A program made the translations under genes and the position numbers. A stretch of 64,000 nucleotides of DNA from an uncultured virus (IMG/VR IMGVR_UViG_3300022929_002303) (lineage: Duplodnaviria > Heunggongvirae > Uroviricota > Caudoviricetes), in the IMG/VR virus record IMGVR_UViG_3300022929_002303. One strand, 5' to 3'. The notes beneath the pieces are model-generated. The model saw only the letters and a list, made by a program, of their open reading frames with translations, had not been told where the DNA came from and made no database searches. Shown piece after piece: positions 29,045 to 39,430 of the stretch (positions within the stretch are counted from its first letter, which is position 1; each line of letters starts with the position of its first letter).

Positions 29045-31327
29045 TTGAACACATCACCAGAAATTGAAAATATTATCTCTAGGGCAATCGAAACTGCAAA
29101 GTCCTATAATCATCAGTATGTTACTATTGAGCATTTGCTTCACGCATTAGTAACACATCAACCGTTTAAAAAAGTATTAAATCAATTTAATGTTGATACT
29201 GATTTAATGATTGGTGAAATAGAAGCATACTTGAATGGATTACATGCTATCGAATCTAAAGACCCTGAGTGTGTTCCTAAGAAAACTAATTCACTAGAAC
29301 GTGTAATGAATAGAGGTGTTACACAAGTTCTATTTACAGGTCGTAGACAAGTCACTACTATGGATCTGTATCTATCGATTGCAACTGAAGGAAACACCCA
29401 TGCACATTATTTCTTATTAAAGTATGGTGTAAACAAAACTCAGTTTATTGAATTTTGGCAAAAGAATTATAGACATCAGGATAGTCAAAACATCAGTCAA
29501 GACCAAGCAGATGATATTTTAGAAGAATACACAACTAATTTAACTAAATTGGCTAGAGACGATAAACTAGAACCTGTCATAGGACGTGTGTCTGAAATTG
29601 ATGACATTATTAATGTTCTAGCAAAACGTTTTAAAGCAAACGTATTAATGGTAGGTGATCCGGGTGTAGGTAAAACAGCAATTGCAGAAGGTATTGCACA
29701 AGCAGTTGTTAACAAAGAAGTACCCGAGTTCTTAGACGGACATGAAGTCTATTCATTAGAGATTGGTAACTTACTTGCTGGATCAAAATATCGCGGTGAG
29801 TTTGAAGAAAAAGTTAAAGAAGTCATTATGGCTTTAGAAGTTAAAAAGAATTGTATCTTATTCATTGACGAAGCCCACACTATGGGAGGCGCTGGATCAA
29901 CATCGAATGGCTCAGTTGATTTTGCAAACATGATTAAGCCTGCTATTACTAAAGGAACTCTCAAAGTAATCGCATCTACTACATGGGAAGAATACTATGA
30001 ATCGTTTGAAAAAGACAGAGCCCTCATGCGTAGATTCTATCGTGTTTCAATTGATGAACCTTCACATGATACTACAATTAGAATTTTACGTGGTTTATCC
30101 GATAGATTAAATGACTTCCACGATGTCAACATTACAGAAGATGCAATCGAAGCCGCAGTTGAAATGGCTGACAGATACATACACGAAAGAAAGAATCCAG
30201 ATAAGTCTATTGACTTACTTGATGCCGCTTGTGCAAAGCAACGTGTAGCAGAAAACAAAGGTGTTGATATCACTAAGACATTGATTTTTGATCAAGTAGA
30301 GAAGTTCACAGGCGTTCCTGCTGACAAACTTAAAGGTGATAATGTAGATCGTATTACTAACTTAGACGTTAATGTTAAAAGTAAGTTGTATGGTCAAGAT
30401 GATGTAGTTGATAATGTAATCGAAAGAGTTTATGTATCGTTTGCAGGAATCGGCAACGAAACTAAACCTATCGCAAGTTTCTTATTTTTAGGACCAACAG
30501 GCACGGGAAAAACAGAATTGGCTAAACTGCTGTCTAGTAACTTAGATATGCCACTGCTCAAATACGATATGTCCGAGTATTCTGAGAAACACAGTGTAAG
30601 CAGTTTGATAGGACCTCCCCCGGGTTATGTAGGTTTTAGTGATTCACAAGTACAAGGCGGACGTTTGATATCAGACTTAAGTAAACAACCTCATTCAATC
30701 ATGTTGTTTGATGAAGTTGAGAAAGCACACCCTGATATCTTTAATATTTTCTTACAGATGTTAGACGAAGGTACGATCACTGGGTCTAATGGTAAGCAAG
30801 TATCATGTAAGAACTGTTTAATCATTCTCACATCTAACTTAGGTAGTGCAGACGGAGAACGTTCAAACATCGGATTCGGTGATACGGACAAAGTAGGCGA
30901 AGATGAAAAAGCAATGAAAAACTTCTTTAAGCCAGAGTTTAGAAATAGACTTGACATGGTTTGTAAGTTTGGTAAACTTGATAAACTATCTATTAAAAAG
31001 ATTGTTGTTAAATTTGTTGCTGACCTACAAAAAGCACTGCTTGATAAACATAATATCACTCTTAACTTTAGTGAAGATGCAGTTGATTACTTAGCAGACG
31101 TAGGTTATGATAGCAAGTTGGGAGCAAGACCATTAGCAAGAAAAATTGATGAACTTGTAAGAGTCCCATTGAGTAAAAAGATTTTATTTGAGAAAATCAA
31201 AGATGCTAATGTCATGTGTGTTATTGATCCAGACACTGGAGAGATTGATTTTGCTTCAACGAAAAAACAGGTTGCTCAAGTAGGTGACGATGGTATCATT
31301 GAAGTAGAAGATTCAGACAACATATAA
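29045..31327 (+). CDS. clpA: ClpA-type AAA+ chaperone / protease ATPase subunit
   Basis: Clp N domain, two AAA modules (GDPGVGKT/FIDE; GPTGTGKT/FDEVEKAH), GYVG pore loop, IGF ClpP-docking loop, no ClpB middle domain. TTG start with SD GAGGA. Confidence 0.9.
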   Translation: MNTSPEIENIISRAIETAKSYNHQYVTIEHLLHALVTHQPFKKVLNQFNVDTDLMIGEIEAYLNGLHAIESKDPECVPKKTNSLERVMNRGVTQVLFTGRRQVTTMDLYLSIATEGNTHAHYFLLKYGVNKTQFIEFWQKNYRHQDSQNISQDQADDILEEYTTNLTKLARDDKLEPVIGRVSEIDDIINVLAKRFKANVLMVGDPGVGKTAIAEGIAQAVVNKEVPEFLDGHEVYSLEIGNLLAGSKYRGEFEEKVKEVIMALEVKKNCILFIDEAHTMGGAGSTSNGSVDFANMIKPAITKGTLKVIASTTWEEYYESFEKDRALMRRFYRVSIDEPSHDTTIRILRGLSDRLNDFHDVNITEDAIEAAVEMADRYIHERKNPDKSIDLLDAACAKQRVAENKGVDITKTLIFDQVEKFTGVPADKLKGDNVDRITNLDVNVKSKLYGQDDVVDNVIERVYVSFAGIGNETKPIASFLFLGPTGTGKTELAKLLSSNLDMPLLKYDMSEYSEKHSVSSLIGPPPGYVGFSDSQVQGGRLISDLSKQPHSIMLFDEVEKAHPDIFNIFLQMLDEGTITGSNGKQVSCKNCLIILTSNLGSADGERSNIGFGDTDKVGEDEKAMKNFFKPEFRNRLDMVCKFGKLDKLSIKKIVVKFVADLQKALLDKHNITLNFSEDAVDYLADVGYDSKLGARPLARKIDELVRVPLSKKILFEKIKDANVMCVIDPDTGEIDFASTKKQVAQVGDDGIIEVEDSDNI

Positions 31328-31349
31328 TCTCACCTACAGACTATATAAG

Positions 31350-31357
31350 CATAAATA
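31350..31357 (+). promoter_or_regulatory. Late promoter CATAAATA
   Basis: Upstream of the small ORF at 31380. Confidence 0.65.
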
Positions 31358-31379
31358 CTCTTATAACACGGAGATAATT

Positions 31380-31547
31380 ATGGCTAAAATAGTCGAAGAT
31401 ATGGTAGCAATCAAATTAAGCAAAATTGCAAAAGATGATGCTCCAGACGGTCAATCAATCATAACTGACGAAATTGCCTCTCAAATAGAAGCAGTGGCGC
31501 AAGAGTTAGTTGGTGAATCAGTTATAGTAGAAATAGTGAGGGGATAG
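31380..31547 (+). CDS. Small hypothetical protein (55 aa, not in the ORF track)
   Basis: SD GGAG, ATG; MAKIVEDMVAIKLSKIAKDD...VIVEIVRG*; fills the gap between the promoter and the next gene. Confidence 0.75.
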   Translation: MAKIVEDMVAIKLSKIAKDDAPDGQSIITDEIASQIEAVAQELVGESVIVEIVRG

Positions 31548-31548
31548 A

Positions 31549-31917
31549 ATGTCTCAATCAACAATCCTTACATTATTACCACAAACTACATATGACAATG
31601 ATGGCACGGCTCAGCCTTACGATGTAACAGGTAATGCTGTACAGGGCGCCGCATATTATTTAGGAAATCAAGACCTACAAACATTATCATATAATTTTTC
31701 AGAAGTCACAGGGAATTTAGTAATTGAAGCCGCACTTTCTAATCCTCCCGGAGACAATGACTGGTTCAAAATTTTTGAAACAGAAGCAAACAATGCCGCT
31801 AATCTTAATGCAAACACTAGTTCTTATACAAACTTATCAGGTAACTTTGTTTATTTGAGAGCAAAAATAGAAGATTTTGCAAATGGTGTTGTTCAATACG
31901 TAAAAGTAAGTTACTAA
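31549..31917 (+). CDS. Hypothetical beta-rich protein (possibly virion surface)
   Basis: 'G.L.IEA.L...P...DWF.I...N..GNFV.LRA' jelly-roll-like pattern. Confidence 0.6.
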   Translation: MSQSTILTLLPQTTYDNDGTAQPYDVTGNAVQGAAYYLGNQDLQTLSYNFSEVTGNLVIEAALSNPPGDNDWFKIFETEANNAANLNANTSSYTNLSGNFVYLRAKIEDFANGVVQYVKVSY

Positions 31918-31918
31918 C

Positions 31919-34075
31919 ATGGCAAATATTGTTATTATGCCAGGTGGATTTCACCCATTTCATGCAGGGCATGCCGCACTTTACAACTCTATAAAAGAGA
32001 AGTATGGTAAAGGCTCTGACATCTATGTGGCCGCTAGTAACAATCAAAAAGAACGACCCTTCCCATTTGAAATTAAAGAAAAATTAGCACAACTTTCAGG
32101 TGTACAACCAGGTGAGTTTGTGCAAGTTAAATCTCCGTTTGTACCAACAGAAATCACAAACAAGTATGATCCAGACAAAGACACGATTGTTTTTGTACGA
32201 AGTGAAAAAGATAAAAATGAATACCCAAAGCCCGGGGCAGTTAAGAAAGACGGATCACCGGGATACTTTCAACATATAGATACAGCAAAAAGAGGTGCAC
32301 AACCTTTTAGTAAAGTAGGCTATATGGATTACTTACCAGTTAAAGAATTTGCAGGTATTACTAGTGCTACACAAATCAGAGATACGTGGCCTAGTCTTAA
32401 TGATGATCAACGTGAAGAATTTGTAACACACATTTATCCTAATATAAAAGGCAACGACAAACTAATTAAGAATGTAGTTAAGTTATTAAGTAAAGGAATG
32501 TCCTTAAATGAAGGACTAGCATATATTGATAAAGATGGTAACAGAGTTGATTATACAAGACCTGACTTACCCACAGACATTGAAAATTTAGTCATTGATT
32601 GGTTTAATGACAGAGACAAATACACTAAGGCAACTTTACAATCTAAAGGATATAAAGTAGACGTTGATGATAAGTTCAACAACATTGATATTACAGACAA
32701 AAGAGGTAGAAAATATACTGTGTCTACAGACGATGCAATGTCTAAACTTATACAACAAGCATATGCAGAACCAATGACTGAAGACAAGAACGATACATTA
32801 CTTGATACAAAACGTGCAAGAGCAATACTTCAACTTTATACAAGAACAAACGGGTTTGATTTAAGAAAAATCATATCAAGCCGTAAACGTGGCGGCGGCA
32901 CTAACGAAAGAATAATGACAGTAATGCTTAGACCGGACTCTAAGACTTTCAGTAGAGACGATATAGATAATCTTTCCGATGAACTTCAAAGAAGATTTAG
33001 TGTTACAGTTCCTAGAATGACTATTACAGGTAACGGTAGTTATCTTAATCTAAATCCTGTTGTAGTTACAAAAGTAAATGAAGCATTTGTTGACCCAGAT
33101 CAATCAAAGCAATATTGGAACCACGATGCACAAAAAGTAGGCGTCGGTGGACAAATAGAGTTTCCACTTACTGACACACCAAACTTAAATGGCAGAAGAC
33201 AAGGCTTCAATGAAGGTGAAGAAAGAAGTGATATCGAAACTGCCGCTTATGAATGGTTGCTAGATTATAAAAGTAAAAATCCTGAAGCAGACTATGAAAA
33301 ACTGTATTCAGTATTAAAAAATGTTAGCCACGATGATCTTGGTACACAAGAATTAGATTATTTTATAGGAGAACCATTAGGCTTGAACATGGACAACAAG
33401 AATTTAATTGTTGATGCTGTTCTTGCTCAAATGACAGAAGGCGTGCGTAGATACAGATACGAAGAAAGCATAGAAAAGATTCGTAACATGATTAAAGAGT
33501 CAAGTGACGAACAGAAATCTAAGTCCACAGATTTACATCGCAAACTGTTTGAACTTATGGAAGAAGAAAAAAACAACGTTGTTAAACTCCGAGGTTTTGG
33601 TAGAGAACAAGATAAAAAAGTACCTGATTTAAACATAGTTAGAAAAGAAAAAGAAAAAGAACAACAAAGAAATCAAGGCGAGTACGATAAGAAAAGACAA
33701 CAGCAACTTGCATACTTAAGAAAGATACAAGAAGTCTTATTTGAATTGCATGAAGAATTTGCACAGATGGAACAGTTAGGTCTTTTACCTATCGAAATGA
33801 AACAAAACTTTGAAAACGTAAAAGAACTAATTAACTTTGTAGAGAACTATAGTGCTGATGATTTCCCCTTCACTGATGATGACGGGAACTTACTTGAATC
33901 ATTGCATGTGAAGACTCTGCAACTTAAAGAATATTTTGGTGGTTGGAGAGACAGACAAGCACCTAGAACATTAAGAAACGATAAGCCAAAACTATCCCCA
34001 TTAACAAACGTAAATAATGCATTTTGGAACACGATTGATTTGTCCGAAACCGCTGATTATATCGAAGAAAAATAA
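31919..34075 (+). CDS. HxGH nucleotidyltransferase (cytidylyltransferase-like) domain fused to a modular C-terminal region
   Basis: 'PGGFHPFHAGH' and 'SATQIR' (HIGH/KMSKS-type NTase) within the first ~200 aa. Confidence 0.8.
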   Translation: MANIVIMPGGFHPFHAGHAALYNSIKEKYGKGSDIYVAASNNQKERPFPFEIKEKLAQLSGVQPGEFVQVKSPFVPTEITNKYDPDKDTIVFVRSEKDKNEYPKPGAVKKDGSPGYFQHIDTAKRGAQPFSKVGYMDYLPVKEFAGITSATQIRDTWPSLNDDQREEFVTHIYPNIKGNDKLIKNVVKLLSKGMSLNEGLAYIDKDGNRVDYTRPDLPTDIENLVIDWFNDRDKYTKATLQSKGYKVDVDDKFNNIDITDKRGRKYTVSTDDAMSKLIQQAYAEPMTEDKNDTLLDTKRARAILQLYTRTNGFDLRKIISSRKRGGGTNERIMTVMLRPDSKTFSRDDIDNLSDELQRRFSVTVPRMTITGNGSYLNLNPVVVTKVNEAFVDPDQSKQYWNHDAQKVGVGGQIEFPLTDTPNLNGRRQGFNEGEERSDIETAAYEWLLDYKSKNPEADYEKLYSVLKNVSHDDLGTQELDYFIGEPLGLNMDNKNLIVDAVLAQMTEGVRRYRYEESIEKIRNMIKESSDEQKSKSTDLHRKLFELMEEEKNNVVKLRGFGREQDKKVPDLNIVRKEKEKEQQRNQGEYDKKRQQQLAYLRKIQEVLFELHEEFAQMEQLGLLPIEMKQNFENVKELINFVENYSADDFPFTDDDGNLLESLHVKTLQLKEYFGGWRDRQAPRTLRNDKPKLSPLTNVNNAFWNTIDLSETADYIEEK

Positions 34076-34151
34076 TTCGAGCAGGCATTCCTACAGTAAA
34101 TAATAGTAGTTATATACAAGCAACTACATTTATTATTAGGAGTTATTAACA

Positions 34152-35105
34152 ATGGCAAGTCGCAAAAAACCCGCCCCTAAGAAGGCAACAAAAGCAACAA
34201 CAAAGAAAAAAGAAGAGGCTAATATTCCATTAGAAAAACTGGAAGAAGCCGTTGAAGAAATTAATGATAGTCCGCCTCCGGCGCCACAAGACGGACAAGT
34301 TCAAGTAAACGTAGACTTTTTGCGTACAACAAAAGTTCATATTGCAATGCCATGTTATGGTGGTATGTTGACTGAATCTACATTTATGTCATTTATCAAG
34401 TGGGCAAACACTGCTCGTCAGTTAAACATTGACTGGACACTTGAAACAATGGTTAATGAGTCGTTGATTAGTAGAGCAAGAAACACACTAACAGCAAAAT
34501 TTTTACATATGCCTGATGCTACTCACTTGATGTTTGTTGACGCAGACATTGGTTGGGAGCCATGGCACTTACTAGTATTACTCAATAGAGACGTTGATGT
34601 CATCGGTGGATTATATCCAATGAAAACTATGCCGATCAAGTGGGTAGTAAACGGATTCGAAGGTGCTGAAGAAGGACCAGACGGATTCCAAGAAGTATCT
34701 AAAGCAGGTACAGGTTTCTTATTGATTAAGAAAGGTGTGTTTGAGCAAATGAACAGTCATCCTGCTGTGAAGCAATACAAAAATGATATTGGCTTAGACC
34801 CTGTTTACGATCAATATCTAAAAACTTATTTTGACACTGCTGTCAGACAAAATCGTTACTATTCAGAAGATTGGACTTTCTGTGAAAACTGGCGTGACAT
34901 CGGTGGAAAAATATATGTCGATAAAAGAGTCTTGTTAAGACATTCAGGATCATATGTATTCTGCATGGAAAATCAACAATTCTTACTTGACAACATCGGA
35001 CCTATGTATGTTCAACAAGAAGAACAAAAGAAAGCCGCAGGTCTGAATTCAGATTTAACTCCTAATGAAGACGGTAACGTCACATTAGATGTTAATGCTC
35101 CGTAA
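34152..35105 (+). CDS. GT-A fold glycosyltransferase-like protein
   Basis: 'IAMPCYGG...NESLISRARN...THLMFVDADI...GG.YP.K...GTGF.LIK...SEDW.FC..WR..GG..Y.D...L.H.G'. Confidence 0.8.
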   Translation: MASRKKPAPKKATKATTKKKEEANIPLEKLEEAVEEINDSPPPAPQDGQVQVNVDFLRTTKVHIAMPCYGGMLTESTFMSFIKWANTARQLNIDWTLETMVNESLISRARNTLTAKFLHMPDATHLMFVDADIGWEPWHLLVLLNRDVDVIGGLYPMKTMPIKWVVNGFEGAEEGPDGFQEVSKAGTGFLLIKKGVFEQMNSHPAVKQYKNDIGLDPVYDQYLKTYFDTAVRQNRYYSEDWTFCENWRDIGGKIYVDKRVLLRHSGSYVFCMENQQFLLDNIGPMYVQQEEQKKAAGLNSDLTPNEDGNVTLDVNAP

Positions 35106-35132
35106 ATATAGATCCTAACTATATAACTAAGT

Positions 35133-35160
35133 AAATGCCCCTCTCCCAAGGGGCATTTTT
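35133..35160 (+). terminator. Rho-independent terminator
   Basis: AAATGCCCCT-CTCCCA-AGGGGCATTTTT. Confidence 0.85.
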
Positions 35161-35181
35161 CCTTGTGTATTCCTCTTTATT

Positions 35182-35189
35182 GATAAATA
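35182..35189 (+). promoter_or_regulatory. Late promoter GATAAATA
   Basis: Lies after the terminator and before ATG 35216. Confidence 0.75.
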
Positions 35190-35215
35190 CTTATATTAAC
35201 AAAGGATTGATATCA

Positions 35216-35872
35216 ATGAAGTTTAACGAAATAACCGAAAATGCATCCGCAGGCGCAACAGGCGCTGGATCAGTTTCATCCGTATCATCGCCGATGGGCA
35301 CACAATCACGCAATCCTAGCATTTACGGCGGTAAAAAAGCAGGAAACTTATTGACAGGTAAACGTTCAAAGGGCAAATATGCTAATTCTGTTGATGCACG
35401 TAAACAAACCAATAAAGTTAATGAAGCAAAAGTTGATGAAGCGGAAGTTTCAGAAGCAGAAGTTCTTGTAGTTAAAGGCGCAAAGCCACGTGATCGCAAA
35501 TCGGGATTTGTTAAACATGGTGAAAGCAGAGTAGACCACGAAGTCAAAATGGCTAAGGCTGATTTATTTGCAACTGCTAAAAACGCACAAGAAATTATGA
35601 TGTATCTTAAAGATAGATCAGAAGAAGAAGGTATTAAGGGTTGGATGCAGTCTTACATTACACTAGCAAACGACTATCTCAATTCAGTCAAAGAATCAAT
35701 TCAATATGAAATGCAAATGCATGAAGATCAAGTTGCCGCATATGGCAACGGAGAAGATGATCGTTATCATGTAAATAAATTAGACATGGAGCCATATGGT
35801 GAACCTAGTTCAAGTTACCCAGGTGGAACATTGACAGGTACGAACTTGGCAGAAGACGGGGACAAACAATGA
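35216..35872 (+). CDS. Putative internal head protein with a leader
   Basis: Start re-called to MKFNEITE|N; contains a 'DHEV.MA...L...A..I......GW.QS.ITLA.DYL.SV' module. Confidence 0.65.
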   Translation: MKFNEITENASAGATGAGSVSSVSSPMGTQSRNPSIYGGKKAGNLLTGKRSKGKYANSVDARKQTNKVNEAKVDEAEVSEAEVLVVKGAKPRDRKSGFVKHGESRVDHEVKMAKADLFATAKNAQEIMMYLKDRSEEEGIKGWMQSYITLANDYLNSVKESIQYEMQMHEDQVAAYGNGEDDRYHVNKLDMEPYGEPSSSYPGGTLTGTNLAEDGDKQ

Positions 35873-37989
35873 GTTCGATATTACGTGGACTAAATGAAAA
35901 CAATGAACTGTTAAGTGAAGATAAAGTAGCATTAGCCGAATTAGACAAGGCGGCATTTGAAGCAGAACAAGCACTTAAGAGTGTAGATCAAGTAACTAAA
36001 AACATCAAGTATGGCACTGACACTACAGAAATTATTGTAGGTGTACAGAGTATTGCAGATACTTTAAAAGGCTTTGATCATAAAGAACTTAACTATTACG
36101 AAGATAAAGTTAGAGAAGCAAACAACAATTTAGAATCTGCTGTATACGGTTTAAGAGAACCTTTCAATGACCTTGCACGTGATTTACGTTTAAAACATGA
36201 TGAACTTGAAATGGATTTAGAAGACATAGACGAAGGTCAACGTTGCTGGAAAGGCTACAAAAAGCAAGGCACTAAAAAGATGTTTGGCAAGACTGTTAAC
36301 AATTGTGTCAAAGCAGATGAATCTACAGACAAAGATTTAGCAGATAGAGTAAGGGACAGGCAACAACAATTTAAAAGGGATTCCACAGGCGACTTCTGGG
36401 ACCACGTGGTAGTGAGGAAAGGTTTTTCTGGATTAGATAAAGAAAAAGAAGAACGACCTCTTACTTGGCAGCAAAGGCAGGAGCTGAAACAACTGTTCCC
36501 AACAGAATCCGAAGATGCGACTCGACAGGGTAAACTATTCGCCCGAGGATCCGCAGGCGAGGGAAACATCAGTAACAGACCAACCCCACCAGAATATACA
36601 ACAATGGTACCTAAAAAGATAAGAACTCCCGGCATTTATGGCAAATCTTATGATGGACAGATGAAAGGACATGCTCTGCTAAAATCTTTTATCGAAGACG
36701 GTTTAACTGATGAGGAAATTATAAGTCTTATAAGTGATATCGAACCTGGCGAAAATAAATCGAAACTTGCCTACAGGCGGGCGGGATCGTACATGTGGCC
36801 GTCACGGCGACCAGAGGGGTATGACCCGGAGGAAGAAACAACAACAACTAACACCCTTCACGGTGCTCGACTAGCAGATCAAGTAAGAGAAATACTACCA
36901 TTAATGAGGAAAAAACTAGATCCACTTCAAGCCTGGCCAATGGGACCCATTACCCAAGAATCAGAAGAAGTAGACGAAGGAATGTATGACCAAGATGCAT
37001 TTGATGCAATCTTTAAAGACAGAAAACAACCAAAAAAATCAAAAACTACTCCTCAAGATATAGGAATGTATAATCAACCTAGGCAGGATGACAAAAAATC
37101 AAACAAAGATAAAAAATTAGATGAGTTTCAAAGAGGTTCATTTGATGATGACAAACCTAAAAGACCTAGCAAAGGTAAACTTGTAACTAAAGATGGTATG
37201 CCAGTTACTCTGCCTTTAAGAACACAAGATTTCAGAGGTGACCCAATTGTAATTGTAGATTACATTCCACCTCATAAGCCAAGTTCAACAGGTAGAATTG
37301 TTACTGATGATGGCATGACCTATTTTCCCGGTGTTGCAGATTTAAAAATTATCGGACATCAATTTGATGTTGATGAAGGACTTGCAGGTGCAGCCTCAGG
37401 TGCATACTTAGGTAGCAAAATAGCCGGGATTCCCGGAGCAGTAGCAGGCGGCGTCTTAGGACATCAAGCAACTAAAGAAGGCAAAAAGTCACGTATTGGT
37501 TCAGTAATGGAAATGTATGATGACTATCTCTTTTTAATTTACATTAATGGTAAATTAGCGGCAGAGACGCCAATCGAAAAGAAGCAAAAGAATCAATATG
37601 AAAGAGTTATTAAACAAGCATTACCAGATGCAGAAGTTACATTCAAACCAACTCCAAGACATTACTATAGTGCAGAACAACTTTCGGAAGGATCAGGAAA
37701 GATTCGTGCAGGTATAGCAGGCATATTATTATTAGCCGGTTTGTTAGGTATAAACAATCATCAAGCACAAAAAGTATATGAAAAGTCACATCAGTTACAG
37801 CAATTAACACAAGTTTATATGGTTGCAAAAGAAAGAGGTGACGAAGCAAAAATGAAAGAGGTCAAGAGACGAATAGGTAATCACAAAATGAGACTTGACT
37901 TAGGTAAAGGCGATGTTGATTTTGACGGCCTGCCAGGAAAAGATGATATTAAAGACATCGATTATATTAATACCCCCGGAGAAAAATAA
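35869..37989 (+). CDS. Modular putative internal polyprotein
   Basis: MSSILRGLNE| leader; modules include CWKGYKKQGTKKMFGKTVNNCVK, a glycine zipper and a TM-like segment, separated by xDE/xSE. Confidence 0.65.
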   Translation: MSSILRGLNENNELLSEDKVALAELDKAAFEAEQALKSVDQVTKNIKYGTDTTEIIVGVQSIADTLKGFDHKELNYYEDKVREANNNLESAVYGLREPFNDLARDLRLKHDELEMDLEDIDEGQRCWKGYKKQGTKKMFGKTVNNCVKADESTDKDLADRVRDRQQQFKRDSTGDFWDHVVVRKGFSGLDKEKEERPLTWQQRQELKQLFPTESEDATRQGKLFARGSAGEGNISNRPTPPEYTTMVPKKIRTPGIYGKSYDGQMKGHALLKSFIEDGLTDEEIISLISDIEPGENKSKLAYRRAGSYMWPSRRPEGYDPEEETTTTNTLHGARLADQVREILPLMRKKLDPLQAWPMGPITQESEEVDEGMYDQDAFDAIFKDRKQPKKSKTTPQDIGMYNQPRQDDKKSNKDKKLDEFQRGSFDDDKPKRPSKGKLVTKDGMPVTLPLRTQDFRGDPIVIVDYIPPHKPSSTGRIVTDDGMTYFPGVADLKIIGHQFDVDEGLAGAASGAYLGSKIAGIPGAVAGGVLGHQATKEGKKSRIGSVMEMYDDYLFLIYINGKLAAETPIEKKQKNQYERVIKQALPDAEVTFKPTPRHYYSAEQLSEGSGKIRAGIAGILLLAGLLGINNHQAQKVYEKSHQLQQLTQVYMVAKERGDEAKMKEVKRRIGNHKMRLDLGKGDVDFDGLPGKDDIKDIDYINTPGEK

Positions 37990-38399
37990 TGGAAGTAAAT
38001 ATTGAAACACTTGACGATCTTTTAAAAAATGCTATCGAATCTGACGATGCATCCGAACACGTAGTTCCGCTCAATGAAGAATGTGTGTTTTCTAATGGTG
38101 TGTACTTTGAAGACTTTATTACAAAAGCATCAGTTAACGTAACTGTATTAGAACATTATCCTTTAGATGAAGAAGTTGCAATCGATAAATGGTTTATTGA
38201 ATTACATTGTGATGATGCAGTATTTTCTAAAGAAGTATCTACTGGAGAAGAAGCATCTTTGGTATATGACGCAACACCTCCCGCAGTTGAAGAAGGTGTC
38301 GAACCTATTATTTCAACAGGCGCCGGCATGTTTACTCTTAACATTGTTGGTTACGGTGAACAACACAAAAATACTAGTTTAAAAATTAGGCTATCATAA
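37989..38399 (+). CDS. Hypothetical acidic protein
   Basis: TAATG-coupled ORF, 136 aa. Confidence 0.6.
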   Translation: MEVNIETLDDLLKNAIESDDASEHVVPLNEECVFSNGVYFEDFITKASVNVTVLEHYPLDEEVAIDKWFIELHCDDAVFSKEVSTGEEASLVYDATPPAVEEGVEPIISTGAGMFTLNIVGYGEQHKNTSLKIRLS

Positions 38400-38411
38400 C
38401 CCTGTTATCTT

Positions 38412-39416
38412 ATGCGATTACGTGAATTGCAAGAAGGTATGGGAGCATCAGCAGGCGGAGGAACACCCGGATCTGCTGGAGCAGGTGGTTCATCATTAGG
38501 TCTCCCCTATCCATCAACATACGAAGAAGAAAACGATAAGTTCAAATATCGTGGTCCCCAAAAAACTGTGGCTATGACAACCGAAGAACAAGGGGAAATG
38601 TTTACGGATCATCAAAAGATGCAAGAGATGATGAACGACAAAGATTGGCCAGCAGACTTGCAAGAAGAAGTTCTAAAAAAATATGTCAATAACCCTGAAG
38701 AGGGAGAAAACTTCATTGCAGATATGGAGTATAAAGGTATAAGACGATTAAGTAATTACGGTCTTTTACAAAATACAGAAAACTTAGAGTTATTAACAAG
38801 ACTACCGCAAAACGTTATAGATAAAATTAACGAGACATGGCAAATGTCTATTCCTAAAACAAAAGCAACTTCAGTATCTGATTTAGGATACGAAAAATAT
38901 ATTATGCAATATGGTTTTCTTACAAAACCAGCAGTAGCAATGGATGCAGATATAATAATGGGTTCAGAAAAATGGGTTGCCAGTGTCATTAACGGTGAGA
39001 AAGCAAAAGCCTGTCATATTATAACACCTATAGGACCAGGTGTCAAGTCTAATACACCTGATAATAGTTTAGCACCCGCGAGACAAAAAGAACTAGCATT
39101 CGTTGAAGGCAAGCATTGGGCTAGAAATGATCTGCCACAACTCAATATTGATGATCTTAAAGACGAAGATATTGAAGAAAAACATGTACGATTTGAAAGG
39201 CTAAAACCTGTACAGACAGAACGTGTAAAAGGTCTTGTAAAAAAGACTCTTAAGATGTTAAAGAAAGGTAAACATAAACCTATAGTCATTGATAAACTTG
39301 GTTATATTGTAAATGGTCATCATAGATATGATGCGTATCAAAAATTAGGGGCATCATACGTTCCTGTTATTAAGGTAAATGCAACCATCGAAGAACTAAT
39401 CGATAAATACATGTAA
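38412..39416 (+). CDS. Leader-bearing protein with a C-terminal ParB/Srx-like domain
   Basis: MRLRELQE|G; C-terminal 'LKPVQ...KPIVID...IVNGHHRY.A...LG...VPV'. Confidence 0.75.
   Translation: MRLRELQEGMGASAGGGTPGSAGAGGSSLGLPYPSTYEEENDKFKYRGPQKTVAMTTEEQGEMFTDHQKMQEMMNDKDWPADLQEEVLKKYVNNPEEGENFIADMEYKGIRRLSNYGLLQNTENLELLTRLPQNVIDKINETWQMSIPKTKATSVSDLGYEKYIMQYGFLTKPAVAMDADIIMGSEKWVASVINGEKAKACHIITPIGPGVKSNTPDNSLAPARQKELAFVEGKHWARNDLPQLNIDDLKDEDIEEKHVRFERLKPVQTERVKGLVKKTLKMLKKGKHKPIVIDKLGYIVNGHHRYDAYQKLGASYVPVIKVNATIEELIDKYM
39402..39409 (+). promoter_or_regulatory. Late promoter GATAAATA upstream of dps
   Basis: Embedded in the end of the previous CDS. Confidence 0.6.
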
Positions 39417-39430
39417 CAGGAACAATTATA

